Below, in pieces: positions 1-13,530 of a stretch of DNA of 64,000 nt. The stretch lies in contig OZ024740.1 in NCBI GenBank assembly GCA_964016885.1, positions 121,210,001-121,274,000 on the forward strand, in the 5' to 3' direction. The notes under the pieces were generated by a model that saw only the letters and a list, made by a program, of their open reading frames with translations, searched no databases and was not told the origin of the DNA. Source of the stretch: Eledone cirrhosa (taxonomy: Eukaryota). The position numbers and the translations under genes were made by a program. Positions within the stretch are counted from its first letter, which is position 1. Each line of letters begins with the position of its first letter.

Positions 1-165
1 AATTTCAACGGTTAAGGTATGTTCCTTGGCTATGTCAAAATTTATAAAATACACTTTGCGATTTATCTGATGAAAGAGTACCAAAGTTTTTAGTACCCTT
101 GAAATATATATAATAGAATAAATATGGTTTTATAAAATATAGTTTCCATTTATTTAATATTTTGG

Positions 166-2722
166 TGTAAGATGTGTTGTTGTAACCAATTTGGTTGAAG
201 ATGTAAATTCCAATTTAGCGGAGAAGTATATTTCAGAAGTTGTAATGTCGCCACGAGGAACCAGGTTTGGTAGGGAGATATGATAGGAATATCAACAACG
301 ACTTTAGCTTGGTTTTACCTTATTTATTAACAGAGGTTGAGCTGGCATGCCAAGAGAAATGAAATAATTCAATTAAGATTACAAGAGAAGATACGGGCGA
401 CTGGCTGAAGGCGTTTGGCCAGGCTCGTAGGTAATGTTTTGTCGTTACATATTGTTTGTGCTTACGAAGAAAAAGAACAAGCGGTGTTTACTTTTGCATG
501 GTCCAGCTGCGAGTCCTCTAGCCTGGAAGTGGTGGCGTCCTCAAATCTTTGCGGGCTATTTCTCCCTCAGAACGCGTGGGGATACATCCTCTTCTACTGG
601 CGCTGATTGGCTGAGCTGAGCCAAATCACGCACAGAGAATGTATGTGAGCCCGCGGAATGTAGGTCACTACATCAGCTTCGAGCAGATTTTCAGCCGAAA
701 ATCGTTAACGAAGAAACCGAGGACCCACAGATAATTGAATCAGCAAGAACAAATGCTGAAAGAGCATATCAATGAAAAAATAATTTCGCAGAAAGATGCA
801 TGCAAGAACAAAAAAAATTAGGCGCGACGGGCCGTGTTGAGCCGCTGTCAAATGACTAGCTGTATTGTAGTTTATACGTGACGACAAAGGTCTACCAGAA
901 AACAGATAAAGTCTGACATGGGCGAAGTTGCTGTTATTGCCTTAAATGTTAATTGTAAGCGTTGTACCAGTAGCTGTGAACGAAGCTATTATGGTAGTTT
1001 ACCAGTACTGGCGAGAAAATGATGGCCTCCCAGATGTATTGCCGAATGTGCTATGGAGCCAGGAAAAAATGGCTTGTTGCTTTGATAAGGAAAATAAAAG
1101 CAAGTCGAATCTGTAGGTGAGTTGCAGTTCCATGTAATACAGCAAAGAAAATGTGTGCGTGCGGTCAATATATAATGATAGAGAGAAATTAATTTTCATA
1201 TAATACAGTTTAAAAAAAATAAATGTCCAAAATAAATGCCTGAAAAAAAAAGGAAGAAAGAAAGAATTGTTTCTTTTCTTTTAACAAAAAGTTCGCTTCT
1301 TTTTTCTTTGTGAACGCTCCTACTAGGGAGCTAGTAGAATTGTTGTTAAAGCAAAGTCACAATGAATCTTCTGTAGAGTCGAATTCGAGCGTTGAAGAAC
1401 CTAGCGTCACCGATATGGCAGCCACGTCTGACGCCATAATGATGAGAAAACTAATGTCTTAATTTCTCGAGTCCTTGTGGTAATGAGACAGAAGGTATGG
1501 TGGTTGCGTCGGTAAAGTTACAAGCCGTTTCCTGGTGTTGGCTAATAAAGCCATGTGTTGCCGCTGATGGCTGTTACTTGGTGGTAGATGTTTTTAAATC
1601 TCCTCGTGGCGTAAAGTTTTGGAAATACTGCTAATTTTTTTCTCCCAAAAAATTCTAAAGAAAATTTGAAAATATTCTAAAGAAAAAAATCATTTTCCAT
1701 GATGGCCGATCGAAAACTGTGTCCGTGATGAAGAAGCCGTCATGTGGCACGATGCAGCCAATCAGATGGCTGGGATCGAAGAAGACAAGCTGAAAGCGGG
1801 AAAACAACATTTTTGAGTCTTCATTTGCAATTTCAACAGAACGTTGAAAGCAAAATTCTATAACCAGATAAATTCTTTTTTTTTTCTGTCTTTATCAAAC
1901 TATGCTCGCAATAATAATTTTCACTCCAAAAGAGAAATATTTTGTTAGACGTCGAAAAAAAACGCTTTCTTTTGTGTTGTATTTTTTTGTTCGTCTGTAT
2001 ACGTGAGTCAGCAGAAAGTTATGACAGAAATATTGTGCAGGTCGTGTGCTTCAACAAATGGAATATTATGAATTATTTGGACTTACGCTAAGCGAGTCTA
2101 GCAACCCGATTCGAATATTCCCAATGTTAAGCCACTCCATATTGCCGTTAACACGAATGGCGAATTCAAATAGGCTGCGTTTTCATTCTTTATCGTCGAA
2201 GGTTCACCAATTTGCTGTACGATGTGTTATTGTCACCAATTTGGTTGAAGATGTAAATTCTAATTCAGCGGAAAAGTATATTTCAGAAGTTGTAATGTCG
2301 CCACGAGGAACCAGGTTTGGTAGAGAGATATGATAGGAATATCAACAACGACTTTAGCTTGGTTTAACATTATTTATTAACAGAGGTTGAGCTGGCATGC
2401 CAAGAGAAATGAAATAATTCAATTAAGATTACAAGAGAAAATACGGGCGATTGGCTGAAGGCGTTTGGCCAGGCTCATAGGTAATGTTTTGTCGTTACAT
2501 ATTGTTTGTGCTTACGGAGCAAAAGAACAAGCGGTGTTTACTTTTGCATGGTCCAGCTGCGAGTCCTCTAGCCTGGAAGTGGTGGCGTCCTCAAATCTTT
2601 GCGAGCTATTTCTCCCTCAGAACGCGTAGGGATACATCCTCTTCTACTGGCGCTGATTGGCTGAGCTGAGCAAAATCACGCACAGAGAATGTATGTGAGC
2701 CCGCGGAATGTAGGTCACTAAA
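166..2722 (-). mobile_element. Non-autonomous LTR-type element: two ~507-bp direct repeats around a 1.5-kb core with no long ORF
   Basis: 166-672 and 2216-2722 are near-identical at an offset of 2050. The first copy runs TGTA...TACA. On the minus strand TGGTGAACC.. begins 6 nt inside the right repeat, like a primer-binding site (PBS). No clear polypurine tract (PPT) or target-site duplication (TSD). Confidence 0.55.
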
Positions 2723-2824
2723 ATATCATTGAATATTTTACTCCAGAAAACTTGTCGAGTGCTCTGAATCAGTTATACACATTTATATTTGTTGAATTAC
2801 CAACAAATTGAATATCCCTTCTGC

Positions 2825-2829
<5 letters not shown>

Positions 2830-2908
<79 letters not shown>
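2830..2908. repeat. (TA)n microsatellite
   Basis: Direct reading. Confidence 0.95.
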
Positions 2909-2912
<4 letters not shown>

Positions 2913-3439
2913 TAAAAGGAAAAGAAAATTCTGACAAATTGTTCCCAGTGAAAAATAGTTCAATTATGAATAAGTAAAAATTAGTAATAAGTATTGGTTA
3001 GTATTCAGTTTTAGTTTTACGTTTTTACCGGTTGCGCATTTCTAATGATTTTCAAAAATAATTTTGAGATAGAGCGTCCGTAATGTTTGCTCAAATCTGA
3101 TTAGTTTTGGAAATTCTATATGTTTTATGTGAAAAAAGTGGCTCCAGATGTATTAAAATAAGTTTCGCGCCAATTCGTGTTGTAAAAATTATTGTGGTCA
3201 AAACAATTTTGATTGGTCGGTAGAGGTCACGTGAATGTTAAAAATTGATTTTTCGCCAATTGTAGGTTTGTCGAAGAATGTCCTTTTTCGCCTGATTGAG
3301 AAGTCACTGAAAAATAAGTCTTTTAAGACAAATATGTGTGTGTGTGTGTGTGTGTGTGTAGCAGAGTAATTCGTGGTAGAGGGATCGGTCAGTAGTAATG
3401 TGTCTGTACGTGTGTGAGAGATATTTTAACACGTTGAAA

Positions 3440-5879
3440 TATATATTTCAGTTCTTGTTTTATACGGAGAAGTGTGTGTGTGTGTGTGTATATATGTGTA
3501 TGAGTGTGTGTGGGGGGGGTGGGGGTGGACCAGTATTTTTGTGATACTGGTAAAAATGGTGTACATTATTCGATATTTTCAGCAAAAACGATTCTCTCAA
3601 GAGAACATCAAAGACATTAATAATAAAAGGTGTGAAATGATATATAGTATTGTCATAACACCAAGGTGTGTGTGAGTGTCCAGATAGTACGTACTGTAAG
3701 GGAAATCCATTAGGCCCTGCCGTATTCGAATACTTGTGTACACATATGTATGTGCCCATCAGTGTGCAATGCATGTGTGCGTATATATATATGAGTGTGT
3801 GTCGGCACGTTTATATCTATAGACATCAAAAGGTATGCAAATTTGTGTATATTTGTGTTGCACCATAGAACATGTGTGTTTACGTATGTCAATGTGTTTA
3901 TATGTGGATAGATATGTATGTAGGATGTATGTTGATGTAGGTATGTATGTTGACGTGTGTATGTTGTGGGTTCGTCTTATGGAGAAGTGTTTAGACGGGG
4001 TCCGTATTTGTTAATAAAGTGAGATTCCTTGGTGCGCTGGATGTGGGTGGCATTATCTTTAAATTTGTAGAGGGGAAAGTTTATAAAGTTGGGATGATTT
4101 TGGGCGGCACAGGTATAAATGTGTTCACTCAGTTGTATTTTCCTGTATTCCCTATTTTAATTTGGGATCTATGGACAGTCATGAGTTGGTGGAGGCTGTT
4201 TTTTGTCTGGCCTATGTATTGTTCTCGACAACCTAAGCAAGTTAATACATATATTAGATTTTCTGATGCGCATGTGAAATCGTGTTTTACTATAAAACGT
4301 TGTCCTTCTTTGAAATAGAATTCCGAATTCTCTATTAGGTTGATGCATATGCTACAGTTGGGTCTATCGCATTTTTTTTACTATGGGTTTCGTTGTTGTT
4401 GTTGGCAGTACTTTAGCATGTGTTAGGATGTTTTTCATTGACTTAGATTGTCTTTTGCTCTTTATGATATCATGTGATCGAAGGATTTGGTTCATTCTAT
4501 GGTCCTTTTTTAACACAGGGATGTTCTGGAGGATGGTATCAAAGGCATCATTGTTGAGGGGGTTGTGTGTGGAGATGTATGGAAGAGCTTTTAGTTTCGG
4601 TTGATTTACTTTAGGGTGTCTAACGTCCTGGGTACTGAGTTTTAGGGCACGTTGGATTCCATTGTCAATTAGTGATGCAGGGTAGTCCCTGCCTATGAGT
4701 GTGTCCTTTAGTTCTTGTAGCCGTAAGTAACAGGTGTTTTTATTGGAGACTATAGTACAGATTCTCTTGGCTAAGTTGTAGGGAATATTAATTTTAACGT
4801 GTCTAGGGTGGCAAGAGTTGAAAGGAAGATATTGCTTGGAGTCTGTGTGCTTGTGGTATATGTCTGTTTCTATTTTGTTATGAATCTTAATGAGGATGTC
4901 GAGGAAGGGGAGTTGTTGATGGCTGTATTCAATCGTAAAGTTAATATTCGTGTTGAAGCCATTCATAAGGGTGTGAAATTCTTTAAGTTTCTCGATATTT
5001 TCGTGCCAAAGGATGAAGCAATCAACTAGATATCGCTTCCAAATCTTTTCTATGTGTAAGTGGAGAGTGTTTACAAATTTGTTTAGTACTTTAGTGTAGA
5101 CGGTGATTTCCAGGTATCCCATGACTAGGTTGGCATAAGTGGGGCTGTTTACGTTCCCACAGCGGTCCCAGATTTCTGCCTGTAGGATTTGTTATTAAAA
5201 ACGAAGTAATTGTTCTCCAAGAAAAGTTTGAGTCCCTCTATCACGAATTATTTTTTGATGCGTTGTGGGAGTTCATTGTGGTAATTATCCAGCCATAATT
5301 GGATAGCTTCTATTCATAGGTTGTGGGGGATGTTGGAGTATAGGTTGATTACATCGAACGTCACTAGTAAGGTTTGTTCAGAAAGGGGCATATTAGGGAG
5401 GTGATTGAGCATATCTAGGTCGTCCCTTATATAGCTTTTGATGTGTTTGAGAAAAGGCTTCAGAAGGGTATCAATGAAGTTTCTAAGGCGGTGGGTTTCG
5501 CAAGCGGGGCCTACTATTATAGGTCTTAACTTGAGATCATTGGGTGAGGGAACATTGATGACTATGCCTGTGGCTTCCTTGCATGCCTTACTTATTAATT
5601 CGCTTTTATGTACTTTAGGGATACCGTAGAAAAGGCTGGATTTATCAGAAAAGGCTGGTTATCAGAATGTATAGGTTTCTCATAATTTTCTGTTGATTGT
5701 AGTGTTCAGCCTTTTCGTAGTATGTTTCGTTTTCCAAAGTGGAGAGCGCTAAGTTGATATAGAATTCTGTCTCCATTAGGACTACTGTACTCCCTTTATC
5801 AGCCTCTTTAATTGTAATGGTTCTGTCAGTTTTTAATCTATTTAATTCTTCCCATCCTTTCTTGTTGAGCTTTGGCTTG

Positions 5880-5880
<1 letters not shown>
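3440..5880 (-). mobile_element. 5'-truncated Penelope-like element: RT, Cys-rich linker, GIY-YIG endonuclease, 3' non-coding tail; frameshifted
   Basis: Minus-strand motifs KEADKGSTVV (~5790), PTYANLVMG, WKRYLVDCF (degenerate YxDD), LPFLDI, YHKHTDSKQYLPFNSCHP (ORF 4364-5122), then CSIC...FTCASENLIYVLTCLGCREQYIGQT (~4200-4360). Confidence 0.9.
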
Positions 5881-5942
<62 letters not shown>

Positions 5943-5947
<5 letters not shown>

Positions 5948-6731
5948 TAAATCATGTCTATAGAATTATCAGATATTAAAATATATACTATTTCTTCTTC
6001 TAATTAGCGTAATTAACCATATACAAAATCAAATCTTGCAAGCTTTAAGAATAAATTTTCTTATGGGGAAATCTCTGACAAACAATCGATCGTAGCCTCT
6101 TCTCAGCAGCCCCGTTCCATTATTTATCCAACATTTCGGCAGCATGCAGAATCCGATCAAATATACCATCAACCACACACAATTAGTAGTAAAATTAAAC
6201 TTAGAAGAAATGCGCACATACCGTAATTATATCTCTACCATGGTTTCTTCCTTATTTAGGACATCCAAATAATATGAATTATCCAGAGTTAGGATCATCA
6301 GGAGATAAACTCAAAATCAGACATTTAGTTTCTCTAAACGACCGCGCCAAATTTAGATTCAAAAATGGCTAAAATCGCTATGTAGCTGTGTACCAGCCAG
6401 AGAGAAAGCGTGTGATTGGTTGCTTACGGTGGGTATGCTTGCTGCTAGAAAGCGCAGCCATATATCGCCAAATTTAATCTCAACCAATTGGGAGATTATT
6501 AAATATAAAGGTTATCATATACATAAAATTAAAGATATATATATGTTGCAACCGTTCACTTTTAAGCTCAATGAAGAATTAATAAATTAAAATAAAAAAA
6601 TCAGAGCATTATATCATAAATCATGTCTATAGAATTATCAGATATTAAAATATATACTATTGCTTCTTCTAATTAGCGTAATTAACCATATATCTTAACT
6701 ATATATCTTTAATTTTATGTATATGATAACC

Positions 6732-6742
<11 letters not shown>
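5943..6742. repeat. Small rearranged repeat between (TA)n tracts: ~80-bp direct repeat plus ~40-bp inverted repeat
   Basis: 5943-6022 recurs at ~6611-6692. ~6500-6540 is inverted at ~6700-6742. Confidence 0.7.
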
Positions 6743-6822
<80 letters not shown>

Positions 6823-6867
6823 GTATATATATATATACATATATATACAAATATTACTATATATATA

Positions 6868-7194
6868 TATCAAAGTAAAGATCCGAAGGCATGGTATAAA
6901 TTTCCAATCATTTTAATCGCGACACATGTTTCAATAAGAGATAGATCGATCGTGCGGCCATGATCGATTATCTCTGATCTCGTCCGGTGAACATGAATTG
7001 TCTTGAAATCCTTGATACGAGGGAGAAAATTTAACTCTCCGTCATATCAAGGATTTGAAGACAATTCATGTTCACCTGACGAGATCAGTGATAATCGATC
7101 ATGGCCGTACGATCGATCTATCTCTTATTGAAACATGTGTCGTGATTAAAATGATTGGAAATTTATACCATGCCTTCCGATCTTTATTTTGATA
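6868..7194. repeat. ~160-bp-arm fold-back palindrome carrying a hammerhead motif
   Basis: The left arm 6868-~7025 is the reverse complement of ~7036-7194 with few mismatches. It abuts (TA)n. Confidence 0.9.
7072..7145 (+). ncRNA. Type-I hammerhead ribozyme motif
   Basis: TCAC-CTGACGA-[stem II containing atcgatc/gatcgat]-GAAA-CATGT-GTC-GTGA. Stem I is TCAC/GTGA and stem III is the palindrome ACATGT. Confidence 0.75.
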
Positions 7195-7351
7195 CAAAAT
7201 ACTCCGTTTTATTTTATCTAGCTGTTCCTATAAATGGATTTGGAGATATACAAAAACGTGGATAACTTAATATTGCTAACAACATTTTATTGGAGCGTAT
7301 GACACAACCGATAATACACCTAACTATATAATAACTATAAATTTATATTGT

Positions 7352-7500
7352 AATAATAATAAATTTGAAGACTAAAATTCAAAGGGGGCTCGATAAGCAT
7401 AAATATATATCAAATATATAAGAACCGTAGAGTTTCAGAAGATCCCGTTAAGGCTGAAAGCAGAGATTCTATGTTTAAACTTGAATCTGTTATTTTAATT
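7352..7500. mobile_element. Terminal-repeat fragment of the PLE family at 29632-31980, with an inverted piece
   Basis: Matches 29632-29713 directly, then ~29725-29792 inverted. Confidence 0.75.
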
Positions 7501-7582
7501 AATATATATATATATATAGTAAGGTGTATTATTGGTTGTGTCATACGGTCCAATATATATATATATATAAAGAAACAACACA

Positions 7583-7655
7583 TCACCCGGTCCGAGAATT
7601 GAACTCACAACCTTTCGATTGCAAGTCCAATGCCCTAACCACTAAGCCATGCGCC
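7583..7655 (-). mobile_element. tRNA-derived SINE head
   Basis: Minus strand GGCGCATGGCTTAGTGGTTAGG (A box) ... GAGTTCAATTCTC (B box), with no proper acceptor stem. Confidence 0.7.
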
Positions 7656-7656
7656 T

Positions 7657-7974
<318 letters not shown>

Positions 7975-8132
7975 TTAGTTATACTATTTATGGTTATGTA
8001 AATACAAAACCTTAAGCAGTTGTAAGTATTTTACACACACCCTAAATAGTGGTAGGCAGTAATGTATTACTACCTTATTACCAGTAAGTTAAGTAGCTCA
8101 ATGTAAAAACATCAGATGATTTACAGACCAGT

Positions 8133-10292
8133 TATATGAAATATAAGAATCAAAGAACTGTTCAAAACAGTATTGTGCTTACAGCTGTTTCCTCCAAACC
8201 GAGGTTTGGATTCTTCGGAGCAATTTATTAATGCATGGACAGTTATATGACCTCCTTTTCAGCCGAGAGACATACCAATACATATTCAAACATTGTGGGT
8301 CAACATTCATTACAGAATTTAGAGTGGCAGTACACACTTCGAGATTACATTTATATTAATAGGTACAATCAAAAATCAAAGATATAGGTTAAAGTACAAC
8401 ATGAAGATAAGTGGTTATATAGTGCAAATGTTATATGTGTGGCACGCATGTGCGTCTTGTTTATATAGTGTGGCAGAGAGATATGTGTGGTAGAGGCACT
8501 TAGGTAGGTAAATAAGAGTGTTAGGTTGGTAGATCTGGTGGCAAAATCTTTATATGATTGATATAGTCTGTGTGTGGAGAAATATTATAAGCATTAAAGA
8601 TAGTGCAAGCATTAAAAGTGTTATAAGTATTGGAGATGCACAGCGCAGGGATGTCAAGTAATTCATGTACTTCGGCATTTTCATGGTCAAGGGAGTGTAT
8701 ATTTCGATTATATGCCTTTCACATAATCCACGACAATCCAGTTAGAGATCGTAGTCTGGTGTTCTTTAGTTCGATACAGGAGGTTGTTACGTTTCGAGAA
8801 ACGCCATTGAATACTGGAAGTTTGTGTGTGGCTAAGGGGAGTTAATGCATGCGGGGAGGTAACTCTGGGGTTTCTATATCTAGCCATTAAAATGTGTCCC
8901 AATATAGACCCTAAATTCTATGGTGAAGTGCACCTTCCAAGAGAGACTTTTAAAGCATAAAGTGTATTAACTATAGAGTAGTTTAACTAAGTTATGCTGA
9001 AGGTGATCATATTATTATGGTGGATTAACCCATCTTAAGGTGTTACAAATGGAAATTATAGATGATGAGTGAGGATTCTAAATTAATGATCTCTGTGGTT
9101 GTAGTCTGCTCATATGACCAGGCGCGGTGATTGCAGGATTGCTTCAGGACCCAATGATCTCTGGTAAGATCTGGGTCATCGCTTGCTACATTGGATGTCG
9201 AAAGATAATCGTCTCCAGGCAGGCCAAAGGTCAATCCGCAGTCCTCGCGACCCCTCTCTGACCGTCAGATCATCCATATATGTACAACCCGCACGGCAGT
9301 TGCATTGCATTCACTCACTGCGCTCAGCAGCCCGGTCCTACTGGTCAACAGCGCTACTCGATTAAATCATTTTACATCTGTCTAAGGAAGGTGTTTCCTC
9401 TGCCCAACACCATCCAACCGATCAATTCATGCTCAAACTACCCTTAGAACGGTGTAGTGCCGTTCAAGTGGAATTGAGCTGTGTAGTGCCGTTCACCATA
9501 GAATTTAGGGTCTATATTGGGACACATTTTAATGGCTAGATATAGAAACCCCAGAGTTACCTCCCCGCATGCATTAACTCCCCTTAGCCACACACACACT
9601 TCCGGTATTCAATGGCGTTTCTCGAAACGTAACAACCTCCTGTATCGAACTAAAGAACACCAGACTACGATCTCTAACTGGATGGTCGTGGATTATGTGA
9701 AAGGCATATAATCGAAATATACACTCCCTTGACCATGAAAATGCCGAAGTACATGAATTACTTGACATCCCTGCGCTGTGCATCTCCAATACTTATAACA
9801 CTTTTAATGCTTGCACTATCTTTAATGCTTATAATATTTCTCCACACACAGACTATATCAATCATATAAAGATTTTGCCACCAGATCTACCAACCTAACA
9901 CTCTTATTTACCTACCTAAGTGCCTCTACCACACATATCTCTCTGCCACACTATATAAACAAGACGCACATGCGTGCCACACATATAACATTTGCACTAT
10001 ATAACCACTTATCTTCATGTTGTACTTTAACCTATATCTTTGATTTTTGATTGTACCTATTAATATAAATGTAATCTCGAAGTGTGTACTGCCACTCTAA
10101 ATTCTGTAATGAATGTTGACCCACAATGTTTGAATATGTATCAATGTTTGAATATGTATTGGTATGTCTCTCGGCTGAAAAGGAGGTCATATAACTGTCC
10201 ATGCATTAATAAATTGCTCCGAAGAATCCAAACCTCGGTTTGGAGGAAACAGCTGTAAGCACAATAATGTTTTGAACAGTTCTTTGATTCTT

Positions 10293-10304
<12 letters not shown>
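8133..10304. mobile_element. ~800-bp inverted repeat of a degraded PLE 3' end: RT thumb remnant, non-coding tail and hammerhead
   Basis: 8133-8927 is the reverse complement of 9492-10304. Remnant motifs VHFTIE and KPQSYLP..SP.PH. The right arm ends in (TA)n. Confidence 0.75.
10215..10261 (+). ncRNA. Minimal type-I hammerhead motif with CCGAAGA core variant; mirror copy at ~8177-8223 on minus
   Basis: TGCT-CCGAAGA-a-TCCAAAC ctcg GTTTGGA-g-GAAA-CAGCT-GTA-AGCA. Confidence 0.7.
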
Positions 10305-10331
<27 letters not shown>

Positions 10332-10334
<3 letters not shown>

Positions 10335-12060
10335 GAAAAAACATTTTTTGGAATTGTATTTGCTAGTATAGAGAGAGAGGAAGAGGAATTAGAAAGTGGA
10401 GGGACAAAGGGAGTAGTATAGAGAGAGAGAGGAAGGGGAAGAAGAATTAGAAAGTAGGGTGACAAACTGAGATGGAGGAAGGGGTAGAGGTGGAAGGAAT
10501 CTTTGATCAGTTTTGATATATGTAGACATGATGTCGTCGATTTAGAGTGTAGTGAGTTAAAGAGAATTAAACTGTTTATATTGGGAAGGATGGAGAGTGA
10601 GAGAAAGAGAGAGAGAGGGGGAGAGATAGAGAGATAAATATATATATATATATATATAATAATAATAAATAAATAAATAAATAAATACATAAATAAATAA
10701 ATAAATAAATAAAATAAAATAAGAAGGGGGGAGAAAGAAGAAAAGAAAATACATAAAAAAAGGAGAGAGAAGAAAGGCAGAACCCGAAAACAAAAAGAAA
10801 AGAGATGAAAGAGGAGGGAGGGATATAGGTATTGGTATTTGTGGGTAATTAAAGGGGTTGTATACAATAAGAGGGTAGAAAGTCTAAGTATATGCAGTTT
10901 GTCAGGTGGTAGTAAGAGGTAATGTGTTCGCTTTGTACTTGTAGTGCGAAAACCTGTCCATTACATAACGAATGTATGCAGTCTAACCTGGTTTACCAAT
11001 GCACAGTGGAATCAGACAACCAGAAATGGTATTACATCGGAGCGACAGAGAATACATTTAAAGCTCGTTGGTATACACACCGTTACGCAATGAAATATTC
11101 CCAGCATCGTTATGTAACTACCGTTGCGAACAAGACCTGGCAACTGAGGGAAAGTAACCATCAATACACCCTGAAGTGAAACAAATTATCGAAGGCGCCC
11201 CCATATAAGAGTGGTATGAGAAGCTGTCAATTATGTGACCTTGAGCTGTTCCACATTTTGAGTTCGAAGAATAAGTTACTCAACAATAAAATCGAAAGAT
11301 CGATTTATTGTAACCATAGACTCAAAGAAAAGTTTTCGCACTACAAGTGCAAATCGAACCCTTAACCTCTTACTACCACCTGGCAAACTGCATATACTTA
11401 GACTTTCTACCCTCTTATTGTATACAACCCCTATAATTACCCACAAAAACCAATACCTATATCCCTCCCTTCTCCTTCATTCCTTTTCTATTTCTTTTCG
11501 TTTTCTTCCTATCTTCTCTCTCCTTTCCTTTATGTCTTTTCTCCCCCCCCCCTTCGTTATTTTATTTTATTTAATTTATTTATTTATTGTTTATTTATAT
11601 ATATATATATATATTTATCTCTCTATCCCCCCCCTCTCTCTCTCCATCCCTCCTACTATAAACAATACAATTTTCTTTAACTCACTACACTCTAAATCGA
11701 TGACATCATGTCTACATATATCAAAACTGATAAAAGCTACCTTCCACCTATACTCCTCCCTCCATCTCAGTTTGTCACCCTACTTCCTAATTCTTCTCCC
11801 CCTTCCTCTCTCTCTATACTACTCCCTTCTCTCTCCACTTTTTAATTCCTCTTCTTCTCTCTCTATACTAGCAAATACAATTCCCAAAAATGTTTTTCTC
11901 TATATATTAAGAACTTGTCAAGAGTAACTTATTCACTATTTTGAGAATTTGGATGTGTACAACAATTATTATTGAGTGGCTGCTATTTGCAGTATAGCAA
12001 TATAAGGTTGCACTTACCAATGAAACGGTCGTAAATACCTGGAAAAAATCCTTTTTTTAA
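10332..12060 (+). mobile_element. PLE 3' fragment: GIY-YIG endonuclease remnant (10922-11365) flanked by inverted copies of its 3' tail
   Basis: CTC..CPL..C..NLVYQC..WYYIGATENTFKARWYTH, then CQLC and YCNHR. 10332-10922 is inverted relative to 11362-11900. Confidence 0.85.
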
Positions 12061-12242
12061 TGCTTACCTGTGTTTTCTCTGTTATCCTTTACACTCCAAG
12101 ATTGAACGTGATTCTTACCAACTTGTGGAGTTACCCCTAACCGTACGTTGAAACCGTCCATGAAACTGGCTGTCTTAACCACGAACTGGATTACAATAAG
12201 CAATTTTCTGCTTCCCTATCTATATATATATATTTTTTTTTT

Positions 12243-12292
<50 letters not shown>

Positions 12293-12303
12293 GTATATAT
12301 ACA

Positions 12304-12340
<37 letters not shown>

Positions 12341-12419
12341 GAGTCTAGAAGTTAAACTCTTATATATATGATTACAGATTAACAACTGATATAAATACAA
12401 ATTATTAATTGCCTATATA

Positions 12420-12530
<111 letters not shown>

Positions 12531-13149
12531 CATTTATATTAATGTAGCTAGTTATATTTTGGTCAGAAAAGAGACGAAGTAATGTATTCCATCTGTTAAG
12601 GTCTACTCTAAAGAATTACATTCATTCATTCTTTTTTGTTGAATGAAATGTTTACTAAAATACCAAGACATTAGTTCTACTGCAGTTGATTATTTCATCT
12701 TTTAGATGATTTGATTCATGCAACATTATTTATAGATTACTTATCTTGGCTTTCAGAACGGATGTGTCTTGAGTCTATCGATACTTGCTGTAAGGAATAC
12801 TATTGGCAACTTATGAAGCCGAGTGAACAGTTTTGATGACATACGATGCATGCCAAATTTAACCTTAAATATACAATGTTTAAGTACCGATTACATACGT
12901 GATAAAGCCTAAACAAGAAAATAAAACCCAGAATAGGGAGAATTCGGTAAGGATCTGTATCGGCAATACATTTCATTATAGTAATGTAATAACGAAACTA
13001 ACGTTTCCGTCTCAAGCACTTGACTGAGGAAGAGATGAACATGTTTTCCATGCAAAGCATATTTAAGTTATCTTCCAACGGTAAATATGTTGCAGTTTAC
13101 TAGTTTTTAACATACAATAGGTGGTAAGATTGATATTAATATTGATGAA

Positions 13150-13530
13150 TAATTGTTTCTACTTTTGGCACAATGCCAGCAATTACTGAGTCTTTACTTT
13201 ATCAACCCTTAAGGGTGAAAGGCAAAATTAACTGTCGGCGGGATTTGAACTCAGAAGGTAAAAAGCCATAACTCTATGCTGCAAAACCTAGTGTCTGAGG
13301 CTCTACCGATACTGCAAAAACATCACGATATATTGATAACATAATTGTTTCTACTTTTGGCACTAGGCCAGCAATTACCCAGTGTATTACTGGTACTTTA
13401 TTTTATCGACCCCGTAAGGATGAAAGGCAAAGTTAACCTCGGCGGGATTTGAAGTCAAATGGCAAGGGTCATATCTATGCGTCAAATCATGGCGTCCGAC
13501 CCTCTACCAATACTACCAATCCGTTGTCTT
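13150..13530 (-). mobile_element. Two tandem tRNA-derived SINE copies
   Basis: Each copy has attgtttctacttttggcac..gccagcaatt..tttatc.accc..aagg.tgaaaggcaaa..ggcgggatttgaa (B box on minus). The same family recurs at ~56.4, 57.3 and 62.6 kb. Confidence 0.8.

Noticed and set aside
7583-7655. tRNA-Cys gene (GCA at the anticodon-like position)
   Set aside because: The acceptor and T stems do not pair properly and it is embedded in TA repeats. A SINE head explains it better.
11177-11179. In-frame TGA in GIY-YIG as selenocysteine recoding
   Set aside because: It aligns to Trp (LKW) in the sister copies, so it is a TGG>TGA decay mutation, with a frameshift just after.
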